Shown here piece after piece: positions 13,101 to 26,460 of a stretch of DNA of 64,000 nucleotides (within the stretch, counting starts at the first letter, position 1; each line of letters starts with the position of its first letter). Origin of the DNA: Balanoglossus misakiensis (taxonomy: Eukaryota > Animalia > Hemichordata); NCBI GenBank assembly GCA_040954595.2, contig CM082595.2, positions 8,910,317-8,974,316 on the forward strand, given 5' to 3'. The notes under the pieces were generated by a model. That model had not been told where the DNA came from. It did no database searches and saw nothing but the letters and a program-made list of their open reading frames with translations. The translations under genes and the position numbers were made by a program.

Positions 13101-16100
13101 ATGGCCAAAAGCAATTTTATTTGACATTGCTAATTGAACGATGACATTGAATCCGATTCTTTGCATCAGGGTAAATGGCGATGCAAGCTTGATGATGCAT
13201 CACGGTAGGTAGTGATGCAAACACTTTACTTTGACATGAGTATTAAATGCAAATGGGGATTTCAAGTTGATTACAAATCCCTGGGTTAATACGCGTCCAA
13301 AAGCACTGTAATTTGACATTGCTAATGCGATGTTGACATTGAATGTAATTCTCCGCATTAGGGCAAATGGCAAAGCAAGCTTAATGATACAATGGAGTAG
13401 ACGGTGATGCAAGCTATGCATTTTGACATAGGTATTTAATGCATGTGCATGGGTATTTAATGTTGAATGTAAATTCTCAGGTTAATACATCTCCAAAAGC
13501 ACTGTAATTTAAAATTGCTAATGTAAGGGTGACATTGAATCTGATTCTTTGCATTAGGGGAAATGGCGTAGCAAGCCTAATGATCCATCTGAGTAGATGG
13601 TGATGCAAGCTAAGCATTTTGACACAGGTACTAAATGTATATACATGGGTATTTAAAGTTGTCTGTAAATCCCCAGGTTAATACATGGCCATAAGCACTA
13701 TAATTTGACATTGCTAATGAAATGGTGACACTGAATCTGATTCTTTGCATCAGGGCATTTTGTGAAGCATGCTTGATGATGTATTAGGGTCAATAGTGAT
13801 GGAAACACTGCACTATGACATGGGTATTTAATGCATACGCATTGATATTTACAGTTGACTCTAAATCCCGAGGTTAATACATGGCTAAAAGCGCTGTAAT
13901 TTAAAATTACTAATGCAAAGGTTACATTGAATATGGGTAAATGGTGAAGCAAGCTTGAAGATGCATCAGGGTAGCTGGTGTTTCAAGCCCTTCACATTGA
14001 CATTGGAATATAATGCATATGGGGATTTAAAATTGATTGTAAATCCCTAGGTTAATACATGGCCAAAAGCACTGTAATTTAAAATTGCTAATGCAATAGT
14101 GACATTGAATGTGATTCTTTGCATCAGGGCATATTGTGAAGCATGCTTGATGATGCATTAGGGTCAATAGTGATGGAAACACTGCACTATGACATGGGTA
14201 TTTAATGCATACGCATTGATATTTACAGTTGACTCTTAATCCCGAGGTTAATACATGGCTAAAAGCACTGTAATTTAAAATTACTAATGCAAAGGTTACA
14301 TTGAATATGGGTAAATGGTGAAGCAAGCTTGAAGATGCATCAGGGTAGATGGTGTTTCAAGCCCTTCACATTGACATTGGAATATAATGCATATGGGGAT
14401 TTAAAATTGATTGTAAATCCCTAGGTTAATACGTGGCCAAAAGCAATTTTATTTGACATTGCTAATGCAACGATGACATTGAATCCGATTCTTTGTATCA
14501 GGGTAAATGGCGATGCAAGCTTGATGATGCATCACGGTAGATAGTGATGCAAACACTTCACTTTGACATGGGCATTAAATGCATATGGGGATTTCAAGTT
14601 GATTACTAATCCCTGGGTTAATACGCGTCCAAAAGCACTATAATTTGACATTGCTAATGCGATGTTGACATTGAATGTAATTCTCCGCATTAGGGCAAAT
14701 GGCAAAGCAAGCTTAATGATGCAATGGAGTAGACGGTCATGCAAGCTATGCATTTTGACATAGGTATTTAATGCATGTGCATGGGTATTTAATGTTGAAT
14801 GTAAATTCTCAGGTTAATACATCTCCAAAAGCACTGTAATTTAAAATTGCTAATGTAAGGGTGACATTGAATCTGATTCTTTGCATTAGGGGAAATGGCG
14901 TAGCAAGCCTAATGATCCATCTGAGTAGATGGTGATGCAAGCTAAGCATTTTGACACAGGTACTAAATGTATATACATGGGTATTTAAAGTTGTCTGTAA
15001 ATCCCCAGGTTAATACATGGCCATAAGCACTATAATTTGACATTGCTAATGAAATGGTGACACTGAATCTGATTCTTTGCATCAGGGCATATTGTGAAGC
15101 ATGCTTGATGATGTATTAGGGTCAATAGTGATGGAAACACTGCACTATAACATGGGTATTTAATGCATACGCATTGATATTTACAGTTGACTCTAAATCC
15201 CAAGGTTAATACACGGCTAAAAGCGCTGTAATTTAAAATTACTAATGCAAAGGTTATATTGAATATGGGTAAATGGTGAAGCAAGCTTGAAGATGCATCA
15301 GGGTAGCTGGTGTTTCAAGCCCTTCACATTGACATTGGAATATAATGCATATGGGGATTTAAAATTGATTGTAAATCCCTAGGTTAATACATGGCCAAAA
15401 GCACTGTAATTTAAAATTGCTAATGCAATGGTGACATTGAATGTGATTCTTTGCATCAGGGCATATTGTGAAGCATGCTTGATGATGCATTAGGGTCAAT
15501 AGTGATGGAAACACTGCACTATGACATGGGTATTTAATGCATACGCATTGATATTTACAGTTGACTCTTAATCCCGAGGTTAATACATGGCTAAAAGCAC
15601 TGTAATTTAAAATTACTAATGCAAAGGTTACATTGAATATGGGTAAATGGTGAAGCAAGCTTGAAGATGCATCAGGGTAGATGGTGTTTCAAGCCCTTCA
15701 CATTGACATTGGAATATAATGCATATGGGGATTTAAAATTGATTGTAAATCCCTAGGTTAATACGTGGCCAAAAGCAATTTTATTTGACATTGATAATGC
15801 AACGATGACATTGAATCCGATTCTTTGTATCAGGGTAAATGACGATGCAAGCTTGATGATGCATCACGGTAGATAGTGATGCAAACACTTCACTTTGACA
15901 TGGGCATTAAATGCATATGGGGATTTCAAGTTGATTACAAATCCCTAGGTTAATACGCGTCCAAAAGCACTATAATTTGACATTTCTAATGCGATGTTGA
16001 CATTGAATGTAATTCTCCACATTAGGGCAAATGGCAAAGCAAGCTTAATGATGCAATGGAGTAGACGGTGATGCAAGCTATGCATTTTGACATAGGTATT

Positions 16101-19100
16101 TAATGCATGTGCATGGGTATTTAATGTTGAATGTAAATTCCCAGGTTAATACATCACCAAAAGCACTGTAATTTAAAATTGCTAATGTAAGGGTGACATT
16201 AAATCTGATTCTTTGCATTATGGGAAATGGCGTAGCAAGCCTAATGATCCATCTGAGTAGATGGTGATGCAAGCTAAGCATTTTGATATAGGTACTAAAT
16301 GTATATACATGGGTATTTAAAGTTGTCTGTAAATCCCCAGGTTAATACTTGGCAAAAAGCAATTTTATTTGACATTGCTAATGAAATGGTGACACTGAAT
16401 CTGATTCTTTGCATCAGGGTAAATGGCGATGCAAGCTTGATGATGCATCCCGGTAGATAGTGATGTAAACACTTCACTGTGACATGGGTATTAAATGCAT
16501 ATGGGGATTAAAAGTTAACTGAAAATCCCTGGATTAATACAGGTCCAAAAGCACTGAAATTTGACATAGCTAATACAATGGTGACATTGAATGTGATTCT
16601 TTGCATCAGGGCAAATTGCGAAGCAAGCTTAATGATGCATCAGAGTATATGGTGATGCAAGCTATGCACTTTGACATAAGTATTTAATGCATATGCATGG
16701 GTATTTAATGTTGACTGTAAATCCCCAGGTTAATACGTGGCCAAAAGCACTGTAATTTGACATTGCTAATGCTACCGTGACACTAAATCTGATTCTTTGC
16801 ATTAGGGTAAATTGTGAAGCAAGCTTGATGATGCATCAGGATAGATGGTGTTTTAAGCCCCTCACATTGACATTGGAATATAACGCATATGGGGATTTAA
16901 AGTTAATTGTAAATACCCAGGTTAATACATTGCCAAAAGCACTGTAATTTAAAATTGCTAATGCAATGGTGACATTGAATGTGATTATTTGCATTAGGGG
17001 AACTGGCGTAGCAATCCTAATAGTGCATCAGAGTAGATGGTGATGCAAGCTCTGCACTTTGACATAGGTATTTAATGCATATGCATGTGTATTTAATGTT
17101 GACTATAAATCCTCAGGTGAATACATGGCCATAAACACTATAATTTGACATTGCTAATGAAATGGTGACACTGAATCTGATTCTTTGCATCAGGGCATAT
17201 TGTGAAGCATGCTTGATGATGCATTAGGGTCAATAGTGATGGAAACACTGCACTATGACATGGGTATTTAATGCATACGCATTGATATTTACAGTTGACT
17301 CTAAATCCCGAGGTTTATACATGGCTAAAAGCGCTGTAATTTAAAATTACTAATGCAAAGGTTACATTGAATATGGGTAAATGGTGAAGCAAGATTGAAG
17401 ATGCATCAGGGTAGCTGGTGTTTCAAGCCCTTCACATTGACATTGGAATATAATGCATATGGGGATTTAAAATTGATTGTAAATCCCTAGGTTAATACAT
17501 GGCCAAAAGCACTGTAATTTAAAATTTCTAATGCAATGGTGACATTGAATGTGATTCTTTGCATCAGGGCATATTGTGAAACATGCTTGATGATGCATTA
17601 GGGTCAATAGTGATGGAAACACTGCACTATGACATGGGTATTTAATGCATACGCATTGATATTTACAGTTGACTCTTAATCCCGAGGTTAATACATGGCT
17701 AAAAGCACTGTAATTTAAAATTACTAATGCAAAGGTTACATTGAATATGGGTAAATGGTGAAGCAAGCTTGAAGATGCATCAGGGTAGATGGTGTTTCAA
17801 GCCCTTCACATTGACATTGGAATATAATGCATATGGGGATTTAAAATTGATTGTAAATCCCTAGGTTAATACGTGGCCAAAAGCAATTTTATTTGACATT
17901 GCTAATGCAACGATGACATTGAATCCGATTCTTTGTATCAGGGTAAATGGCGATGCAAGCTTGATGATGCATCACGGTAGATGGTGATGCAAACACTTCA
18001 CTTTGACATGGGCATTAAATGCATATGGGGATTTCAAGTTGATTACAAATCCCTGGGTTAATACGCGTCCAAAAGCACTGTAATTTGACATTGCTAATGC
18101 GATGTTAACATTGAATGTAATTCTCCGCATTAGGGCAAATGGCAAAGCAAGCTTAATGATGCAATGGAGTAGACGGTGATGCAAGCTATGCATTTTGACA
18201 TAGGTATTTAATGCATGTGCATGGGTATTTAATGTTGAATGTAAATTCCCAGGTTAATACATCTCCAAAAGCACTGTAATTTAAAATTGCTAATGTAAGG
18301 GTGACATTGAATCTGATTCTTTGCATTATGGGAAATGGCCTAGCAAGCCTAATGATCCATCTGAGTAGATGGTGATGCAAGCTAAGCATTTTGACATAGG
18401 TACTAAATGTATATACATGGGTATTTAAAGTTGTCTGTAAATCCCCAGGTTAATACATGGCCATAAGCTCTATAATTTGACATTGCTAATGAAATGGTGA
18501 CACTGAATCTGATTCTTTGCATCAGGGCATATTGTGAAGCATGCTTGATGATGTATTAGGGTCAACAGTGATGGAAACACTGCACTATGACATGGGTATT
18601 TAATGCATACGCATTGATATTTACAGTTGACTCTAAATCCCGAGGTTAATACATGGCTAAAAGCGCTGTAATTTAAAATTACTAATGCAAAGGTTACATT
18701 GAATATGGGTAAATGGTGAAGCAAGCTTGAAGATGCATCAGCGTAGATGGTTTTTCAAGCCCTTCACATTGACTTGGAATATAATGCATATGGGGATTTA
18801 AAATTGATTGTAAATCCCTAGGTTAATACGTGGCCAAAAGCAATTTTATTTGACATTGCTAATGCAACGATGACATTGAATCCGATTCTTTGCATCAGGG
18901 TAAATGGCGATGCAAGCTTGATGATGCATCATGGTAGATAGTGATGCAAACACTTCACTTTGACATGGGCATTAAATGCATATGGGGATTTCAAGTTGAT
19001 TACAAATCCCTGGATTAATACGCGTCCAAAAGCACTGTAATTTGACATTGCTAATGCGATGTTGACATTGAATGTAATTCTCCGCATTAGGGCAAATGGC

Positions 19101-19995
19101 AAAGCAAGCTTAATGATGCAATGGAGTAGACGGTGATGCAAGCTATGCATTTTGACATAGGTATTTAATGCATGTGCTTGGGTATTTAATGTTGAATGTA
19201 AATTCCCAGGTTAATACATCTCCAAAAGCACTGTAGTTTAAAATTGCTAATGTAAGGGTGACATTGAATCTGATTCTTTGCATTATGGGAAATGGCGTAG
19301 CAAGCCTAATGATCCATCTGAGTAGATGGTGATGCAAGCTAAGCATTTTGATATAGGTACTAAATGTATATACATGGGTATTTAAAGTTGTCTGTAAATC
19401 CCCAGGTTAATACTTGGCAAAAAGCAATTTTATTTTACATTGCTAATGAAATGGTGACACTGAATCTGATTCTTTGCATCAGGGTAAATGGCGATGCAAG
19501 CTTGATGATGCATCCCGGTAGATAGTGATGCAAACACTTCACTTTGACATGGGTATTAAATGCATATGGGGATTAAAAGTTGACTGAAAATCCCTGGGTT
19601 AATACAAGTCCAAAAGCACTGAAATTTGACATAGCTAATACAATGGTGACATTGAATGTGATTCTTTGCATTAGGGGAAATGGCGTAGCAAGCCTAATGA
19701 TGCATCAGTGTAGATGGTGATCCAAGCTCTGCGCTTTGGCATACATATTTAATGCATGTGCATGGGTATTTAATGTTGAATGTAAATTCCCAGGTTAATA
19801 TATGCATGAGTATTTAATGTTGACTGTAAATCCCTAGGTTAATACATGGCCATAAGTACTGTAAGGGGTAGATGGTGATGCAAGCTCTGCACTTTGACAT
19901 GGGGATTAAATGCCTGCTGAGGGGGATTTTAAGTTGTCTGTAAATCCCCAGGTTGATATGTGGCCAAAAGCACTGTAATTTGACATTGCTAATGA
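10150..19995. repeat. Satellite array 2, ~192/196-bp monomers (plus a ~178-bp variant) with 388-, 958- and 1332-bp higher-order repeats
   Basis: GGTTAAT motif at 10211, 10407, 10599, 10795 (spacings 196, 192, 196). Matching ORFs recur at offsets 958 (12740/13698), 957 (17972/18929) and 1332 (13200/14532, 13698/15030, 14027/15359). Confidence 0.97.
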
Positions 19996-20789
19996 TGGTG
20001 AGCTGTACTCCCCAGGGAGTTGAATGGAATGTTTAGGTCCAACGACCTAGGTCAAATGACCATGGGACAACTTTAAAGCATGTTGAGATTTAATGTGCTA
20101 CATAAGTTATAGATATTATATTAATATTATTACATAAACAACACTCTTACCTAGCTAAGGAAGTGGTCAGGTGAAAAGTATTTGCAGAGCTGACCAATTA
20201 TTTAAGGAATATTAAAGTTGGGTAATTTGGACGTATTCATACGGGTGTTGGTCAATGGAAAGTCCTTTGTTCATTTTCAAAATGGCAACCAAAAATGCGA
20301 ACAAAACACACTGAATTATGTACGGGATATTGGTGTTGCCTAATTTGCGTGTTTCCACATTTACTTAAACTCTCACAGGCAGACAAATGTCACAGCAAAC
20401 GGAAAAATGACTATGCTACACACAACACTTTTATTGATCATGGAAAATGTTCATGAGAATTGTGTTATGGTACTTTTCAGGGCTCACGACCTGTGTTATA
20501 GGAAATCTGACAAGGAATCCAAACTGTACCACGTACACAACACTTTAATTAAGCATGGGAAATGGTCCTGAGAACAATATTCTCAGAGTTGACAAACTGT
20601 GTTATCTGCGTTATATTGATGTTGTCTGATTTACACGCCTGTACATTTATTTATACTCTGACTTTGAGCTTAATAAGGCAGCGCCTGCTAAGGTCAATTT
20701 GCCACGTACACTTTTAATTAGCATAGATAATGATCATGATAACTTCATTTTCAGAGCTGACAAACTGTGTTATGTGAAATTCATGTTGC

Positions 20790-21433
20790 CTATTTCATGA
20801 TAATGGCTTGTGGTACACAAGGGTTAACAGCAATCAGCAATTGCTTGTATGATAGGTATAATGATCGATTTACAAATTTCAATGGTATAATGATGGGCAA
20901 CACATGTGGAAGTGTTTAAGTAACAGTTAACTGATGTGGTGATGGTTTGTGGTAAAATTGAGGGTACACAGATTATAATGGGCAAAACAATGAATATAAT
21001 AGAGGTTGATGATGGTGAATGGTTTCATATGAATGGTGTAATAAAGGTTAACAAATGTGGTGATAGCTTTGGTGTACAGGGCTATTCATATCTTTAGTAA
21101 TGACAAAGGTATAATAGTGATAAAAGCTTAAATAAGTGTTAGGGCACAATCTTCATGATGGTTCATTCATTGGTTAATGTGTATATTTTATTAATATCAT
21201 GCTATTGTTTATCAGTTAGATCATAATCAGGGTTTTTCCATGCACATAGTCATCATGAATCAGCGGAATTCTTCTGAATAGTACCTGTGATCATTTTTGC
21301 GCACCGACGCATTGTACGTGACAGACATGCAGAAAATATTAACATGTAACTCACAGGCATAGTGTTAAATCTAAACGACTATATGTTAGATAAGCTTTAC
21401 CTCCCCACCCCATCCAAATTCCAAATTTAGCTT
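20790..21433. repeat. Diverged dispersed repeat, copy B
   Basis: Same orientation and same 3' end (...CCAAATTTAGCTT) as 8590-9435. Confidence 0.8.
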
Positions 21434-22450
21434 GATGTGACTTTTCGGGTAGTACCAATTCGGAAACTTTCATGGTTCATTCATTGAACTAAATATTGGA
21501 TTTGACACACTGTGTCTTGGGTGGGTAAAGCATGGTGAAATGTTGGCAGTAAACTTTAACCAGACAGGTCACATGAAAGGAAGATTTTATCATTTGAGTT
21601 CGATGGCATACATGATAAGATATGTCAGTTCTGACACCTTTTTTGCAGACGTAGATGCTGATGTATTTTTTCCATTGGACACAATACTCAAAGTCCAGTC
21701 TGTGTTTAAAATGATACCCTGGTCACACACAGTGAGAAATGTCAGCCTTTGACTTAATTATCTAATTTATGCATTGTTAACAATGCACTGTGACATTTAC
21801 TGCATGTATTTTTCCCCCTGTGGAAACTTACTATGCTTTGAATACATGTTCCTTAATGGGGTGTTAAAGGATACAGTAGGATCTGTTTCGGTAGCAAATA
21901 TGACACTGTTTTCAACATATTTGACTGGTGGCAATATGTGGTTTTACGTTGGTATCCATCATGTAACTCAGATCACCTATATGAAGCTCCATAGTAAATT
22001 TCACAGAAGTCGGCTGATCAATTCCAGAAAAGTAGATTTTTTACCAAAAATGTGGAAAAAGACAAAAAAATGCATAACAAGTAGAAAATTCACACTATTA
22101 GCTTAAAACATACAGAAATGTGTGAGGCTAATATAAGGTACTATCATACCATTTTTTCAAATCAATATGACCAGGACTTGTCGAGTTTCTGAGTTTTGAC
22201 CAAATTAAGGTTTTCCCAGCTAATTTGTATATATTTTTGGCAATGACAACTTCGTTTGAACAAACTCCCATCTACAGCCTAGCATGCATCTACACACCAA
22301 ATATCGAGGTTATTGGCGCAACGGTTTTCAAGTTTTTGATGTGTACGGACATACATCCATCTATCCGTCCATATGTCCATACATACATACAGACGCAACC
22401 AAATCCATAAGGTCCCACTGTATATACCTATACAAATGGGACCAAATAAA
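21434..22450. mobile_element. Probable non-autonomous Helentron/HINE-like element
   Basis: Ends in a degenerate CATC/CATA microsatellite (~22350-22395) followed by a stem-loop GGTCCCA(22411)...TGGGACC(22443) and an A-rich tract. The left boundary is inferred from where similarity to 8590-9435 stops. Confidence 0.4.
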
Positions 22451-23220
22451 ACACACAAAAAATAACACTTAACATCTTACAGTGCAGGGCCTTGCTAGTT
22501 GATGTGGTACAATTCTATCATATCACTTCACAGCTGGTAGCCAAGGGCAGTGTTTGCACAGAGGAGCCTCCTGAATGTCTTCGCTCGTTCACACCTCTTC
22601 AGTGATAATGTCTGGATTACATTGACATGAAACTGTTTGTTCAGTAGTGTTTCAACTGCCAGCTACCTGGGTTCATTTTACACCCAAACACTGATAATAT
22701 TGTAGCAGTCAATAATATAACCTACACACTGTGTGAAATTCACCATGTTCTAAAGTAATGTTGATGTCTAATGTGCATTGTGACTTACAGGGCATGCACG
22801 GCTAAAGCTTGTCGAAAGTTGACAAAGCAAAAGACCAGACCAGTTGCCTGTTTTAAAATGTGCTTCATTCCAAGGACCTTGGCGATGAGTCATGAATTGG
22901 GGAACGTTCATGAGACCCATTTTTTTTCACTGGACCAGCACATTTAATGATATGACCATGAAATTGAACTGTTCCCAGGAGCTACTGAGAGTTGCCTTGT
23001 TTCACCCCCAAGTTACTACCTGGGGTTTTTACAATGTCGACAATAGTTCCAAAAAAAAACGTTGTACTTTTATGAATAATCGATTAGGGTAGATTTATTC
23101 ATGGTAGTAAAACTTTTTGGCCTGCAGTTGCCAAACAAAGACAATTACAAGTAAGGGACTGGACGTAAACTACCAGGGGGAGCGCAGGGGAATTGACGAA
23201 AGCGATGGCCTCAAATTAAT

Positions 23221-23604
23221 GTCATAGTCCAGTGGTTAGAGCATCAGACCCATAATCAAAGAATCAAGAGTTTGATCCCTGGCATGGTTGTGGTGTTGTG
23301 TCCTCTAGCAAGGCAATTTACATCTCCTTGCCTCTCCCCGCCTATAAGAAAAGGGTAATTTGGTGGATCGGATATTGTAATGTGTATGTATAGGTCTGCT
23401 TTGCTGATATAAAAGCTGCACATGTGAGCTGTTGTTTGCTCCCCATGGAGTGGAATGGAATATTTTAGGTCCCATGGAGTGGAATGGAATATTTTAGGTC
23501 CAACGACCTAGGTCAAATTACCATGGGAAACACTTCAAAGCAGCACATTGAGATTTATTGCATAATGTGCTATATAAGTAATAAATATTATATTGATATT
23601 ATTA
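23221..23604 (+). mobile_element. Degenerate tRNA-derived SINE
   Basis: A-box-like TAGTCCAGTGGTTAGAGC, B-box-like GAGTTTGATCCC, central GTGTTGTGTCCTCTAGCAAGGCAATTTAC resembling conserved SINE cores, and a (TAT)n-like tail. Confidence 0.7.
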
Positions 23605-23677
23605 CATAAACAACACTCTTACTTAGCAAAGGAAGTGGTCAGGTGAACTATATTCGCAGAGCTGACCAATTGTTTAA

Positions 23678-24020
23678 AGGGGCAAAGTCTCTCATCGCTG
23701 CCTTTTTTCAATTAATTATGTATGATACAAGACGCCATTGATGTTATTCTACATGTGGATATATGGTGAATCAACATTCGACCACACACAACTTCCGTCT
23801 CGTTTGTACGATATGAGAGTAAAAACTCGCCCAAAATGAATAAATGGTAAAGAACGATTATTCATTTTGGCGAGTTTTTCACTCTCCTGTCTATAAGAGG
23901 GATGGAAGTTGTGTGTGGTTGAACGTTCATTCGCTATATATCCACATGTAGAATAACAAACGGTGTCTCTTATCAAATATAATATGGGAAAAAGGGCAGC
24001 GAGAGAGAGACTTTGTCCCT
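23678..24020. mobile_element. Fold-back MITE, Kolobok-like (AGG...CCT termini, TTAA on the left)
   Basis: TIRs AGGGGCAAAGTCTCTC / AGGGACAAAGTCTCTC. Internal arms are also inverted (TCTACATGTGGATATA...TATATCCACATGTAGA). TTAA at 23674-23677; right-hand TTAA is absent. Confidence 0.8.
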
Positions 24021-24551
24021 CACATGGGGATTAAATGCATATGCGTGTGTATTTAAAGTTAACTGTAAATCCCCAGGTTAATACGTGGCCAAAAGCACTG
24101 TAATTTGGCATTTCTAATGATGGTGAGATGTTGTTTGCTCCCCAGGGAGTTGAATGGAATATTTAGGTCCAACATCCTAGCTCAAATGACCATGGGACAA
24201 CTTAAAGCACGTTGATATTTAATGTTCTACATAAGTTATAAATATTATAAAAATATTATTACATAAACAACACTCTTCCTTAGCAAAGGAAGTGGTCAGG
24301 TGAAATATATTCGCAGAGCTGACCAATTCTTTAAGGAAAATTAAAGTTGGGTAATTTGGATGTATTCATACGAGTGTTGGTCAATGATAGGAAAGTCCTT
24401 TGTTCATTTTCAAAATGAAAACCAAAAATGCGAACAAAACACACTGAATTACGTATGGGATATTGATGTTGCCTAATTTGCGTGACTCTACATTTACTTA
24501 AACTCTCACAGGGAGACAAATGTCACAGCAAACGGAAAAATGATTATGCTA
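24021..24551. repeat. Duplicate of 19897-20418 (terminal satellite-2 monomer, SINE 3' half and flank)
   Basis: Colinear from ACATGGGGATTAAATGC to GGAAAAATGA(C/T)TATGCTA. Confidence 0.9.
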
Positions 24552-24553
24552 AG

Positions 24554-26460
24554 CAATACGCCAACCTTTAAAATATTACTTTAGAAAGTTTGTATTCATA
24601 CTTTCTTCAAGTTGTCATAACGCTACCCCGAAATGTGTTTAAGTATTGCCTTTGTATTAATGGGCTAGATTCATGGCGTTATATGTCATAAATTAAAAAG
24701 CCAACCCTTATTGATTTTGATAATATTTATGTCGGAGAATCCACAATGAAAAATATGTATTTCAATTTCATAACTCAAAATGATTTTCAAATCCATGACC
24801 TTATTTTCAACTCCAGTGATCGTACATCCTGAACCTTGTGCCAGTAAATGATTGGCCATTACAGGGTTAATGGGCACTCTCCCGTTCTCTTCCTCCGCAG
24901 TTTCATTCATGTTCTTGTTTGACGGAAATGGGTGTGACCAGACGCTTGAATGTTTTCATGTGGGTGTCGTTGTTCATCGGGATCGGTCTCCTGGTGTGTC
25001 TGTACAGGTACGCAAGGAGAAACTGCCCACAAGAAGCTGCGAGTGAAACTATTTAAGGTAGTATGTGCCTCGCGGTCCGAGATTCAGACAAATGATAGTC
25101 CTCAAAACTTTTTCAAGTCTTTGATTTACTAAAGTGTATGGTGAGTCTCTTTGAAAACAACAAAAACATTACTCACCATATTGTTATTTTTTTGAAAGTT
25201 TAAAATGAAGTTGACAATGTACCAAACAGATTCTATTTATTTCTTCATGACCATGTTCACCCCAAGGTCATATGGACCTGCAAGTATATGCCAGAGCCAG
25301 AGTCGACATTACCGAAGCCAGAGTTCAAAGCTTGCAGGTCACCCCTTGCCAGCTCATGTCTAGCTAAACTGCCATGGATGCCAAGAGATATAGGACTACA
25401 GTAACCTGTAGATGGTTTCAGTATGTTTGAAGAAAGTGGTGGCGCACTTTTGGCTACATTTGAAATGGCTATGGTACCAGTGGTTGAATTTGCAAAGGTG
25501 ACCTTTGACCTGGCATCATTAAAGATATTAAAGAACGATTGAACATTCCTTGTTGTCGTAAAATGACATCTGTAATAACTTATATTTTATCTGTTCATCT
25601 TGAAGTACTATATATTTAAACGCCAATTTTCCATTGCCAATCAATTTTTACAAATAAATTGTAATATGCATGTTGATTTTACAAAAACTCCTTACTTCAA
25701 AGTGAATTCTGTTACACATCACGTAAATATTTTCCCCACGAATTCTTCAGTTGCTGACTCGGAAATTTCATATATTGGGCAGAAATTGGATACATTACCG
25801 AGCCATTAAAATTACAGTTTTCTATTTTAATTGATCTTCCATAACTTCAAGTACTTTGATTTGACATAAATTAAAAACATCATGGTGAATAAATAAAAAA
25901 TCTTTGATTATCTAATTGTGCATGTTTACATGGTTTTATTTTAGTATGCTGGGTACTTAATGTCTAATTGCTCGCTGATTTTATACTGTTCAAGATGACA
26001 ATCTAATTTTAGTTTTCAGCTGATAATGGAAATCACTGATTAAAAAAATTGAATTTTGTCATGAATAAACTTGTTGTTCAAGGCAGTTGCTGTATTTTGT
26101 TTCATGTGTATTCAATTTTTGCAAGAATACCATTGAGCACAGTTTGATTTGATTAAACACGTTTATCGGAAAATTTTGTCATTTGAAATATCTGTTTTTG
26201 CGCCCTCTACCATTTGACCAAATGATTCTCTTATTTTGGTGGCCTTTGTCCGTGTATATGAGAATACTATAGTACTCTCGCATCGATGATAGTAGAAGTT
26301 GAAAACGTCTCTTGCCACGTGGCCTAGAAGAAAGGTGATCTTTAGAGTAAAATAAAACAAACTATCCAGATAGGAAGCTAGAAAAGAAATTGAATCGTTG
26401 AAATTTTATTTATTTTTATATTGTTAATATCGTTGGTGATGTTGACTGGCCGACAATCTT
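24554..26460. repeat. ~1.9-kb repeat of unknown class, copy 1 (uninterrupted; provides the empty site for the 36898-42268 transposon)
   Basis: Colinear with 35874-36897 plus 42272-43155 with scattered substitutions. Empty site TGTAATAACTTATA at 25571-25584. Confidence 0.93.

Noticed and set aside
10234-19346. Repeated Cys/His-rich 60-145-aa ORFs resembling a peptide gene cluster
   Set aside because: They recur at the satellite-2 periods in several frames and show no gene structure.
23221-23290. Functional tRNA gene
   Set aside because: The A and B boxes are degenerate, no clean cloverleaf forms, and the sequence continues into a SINE body and tail.
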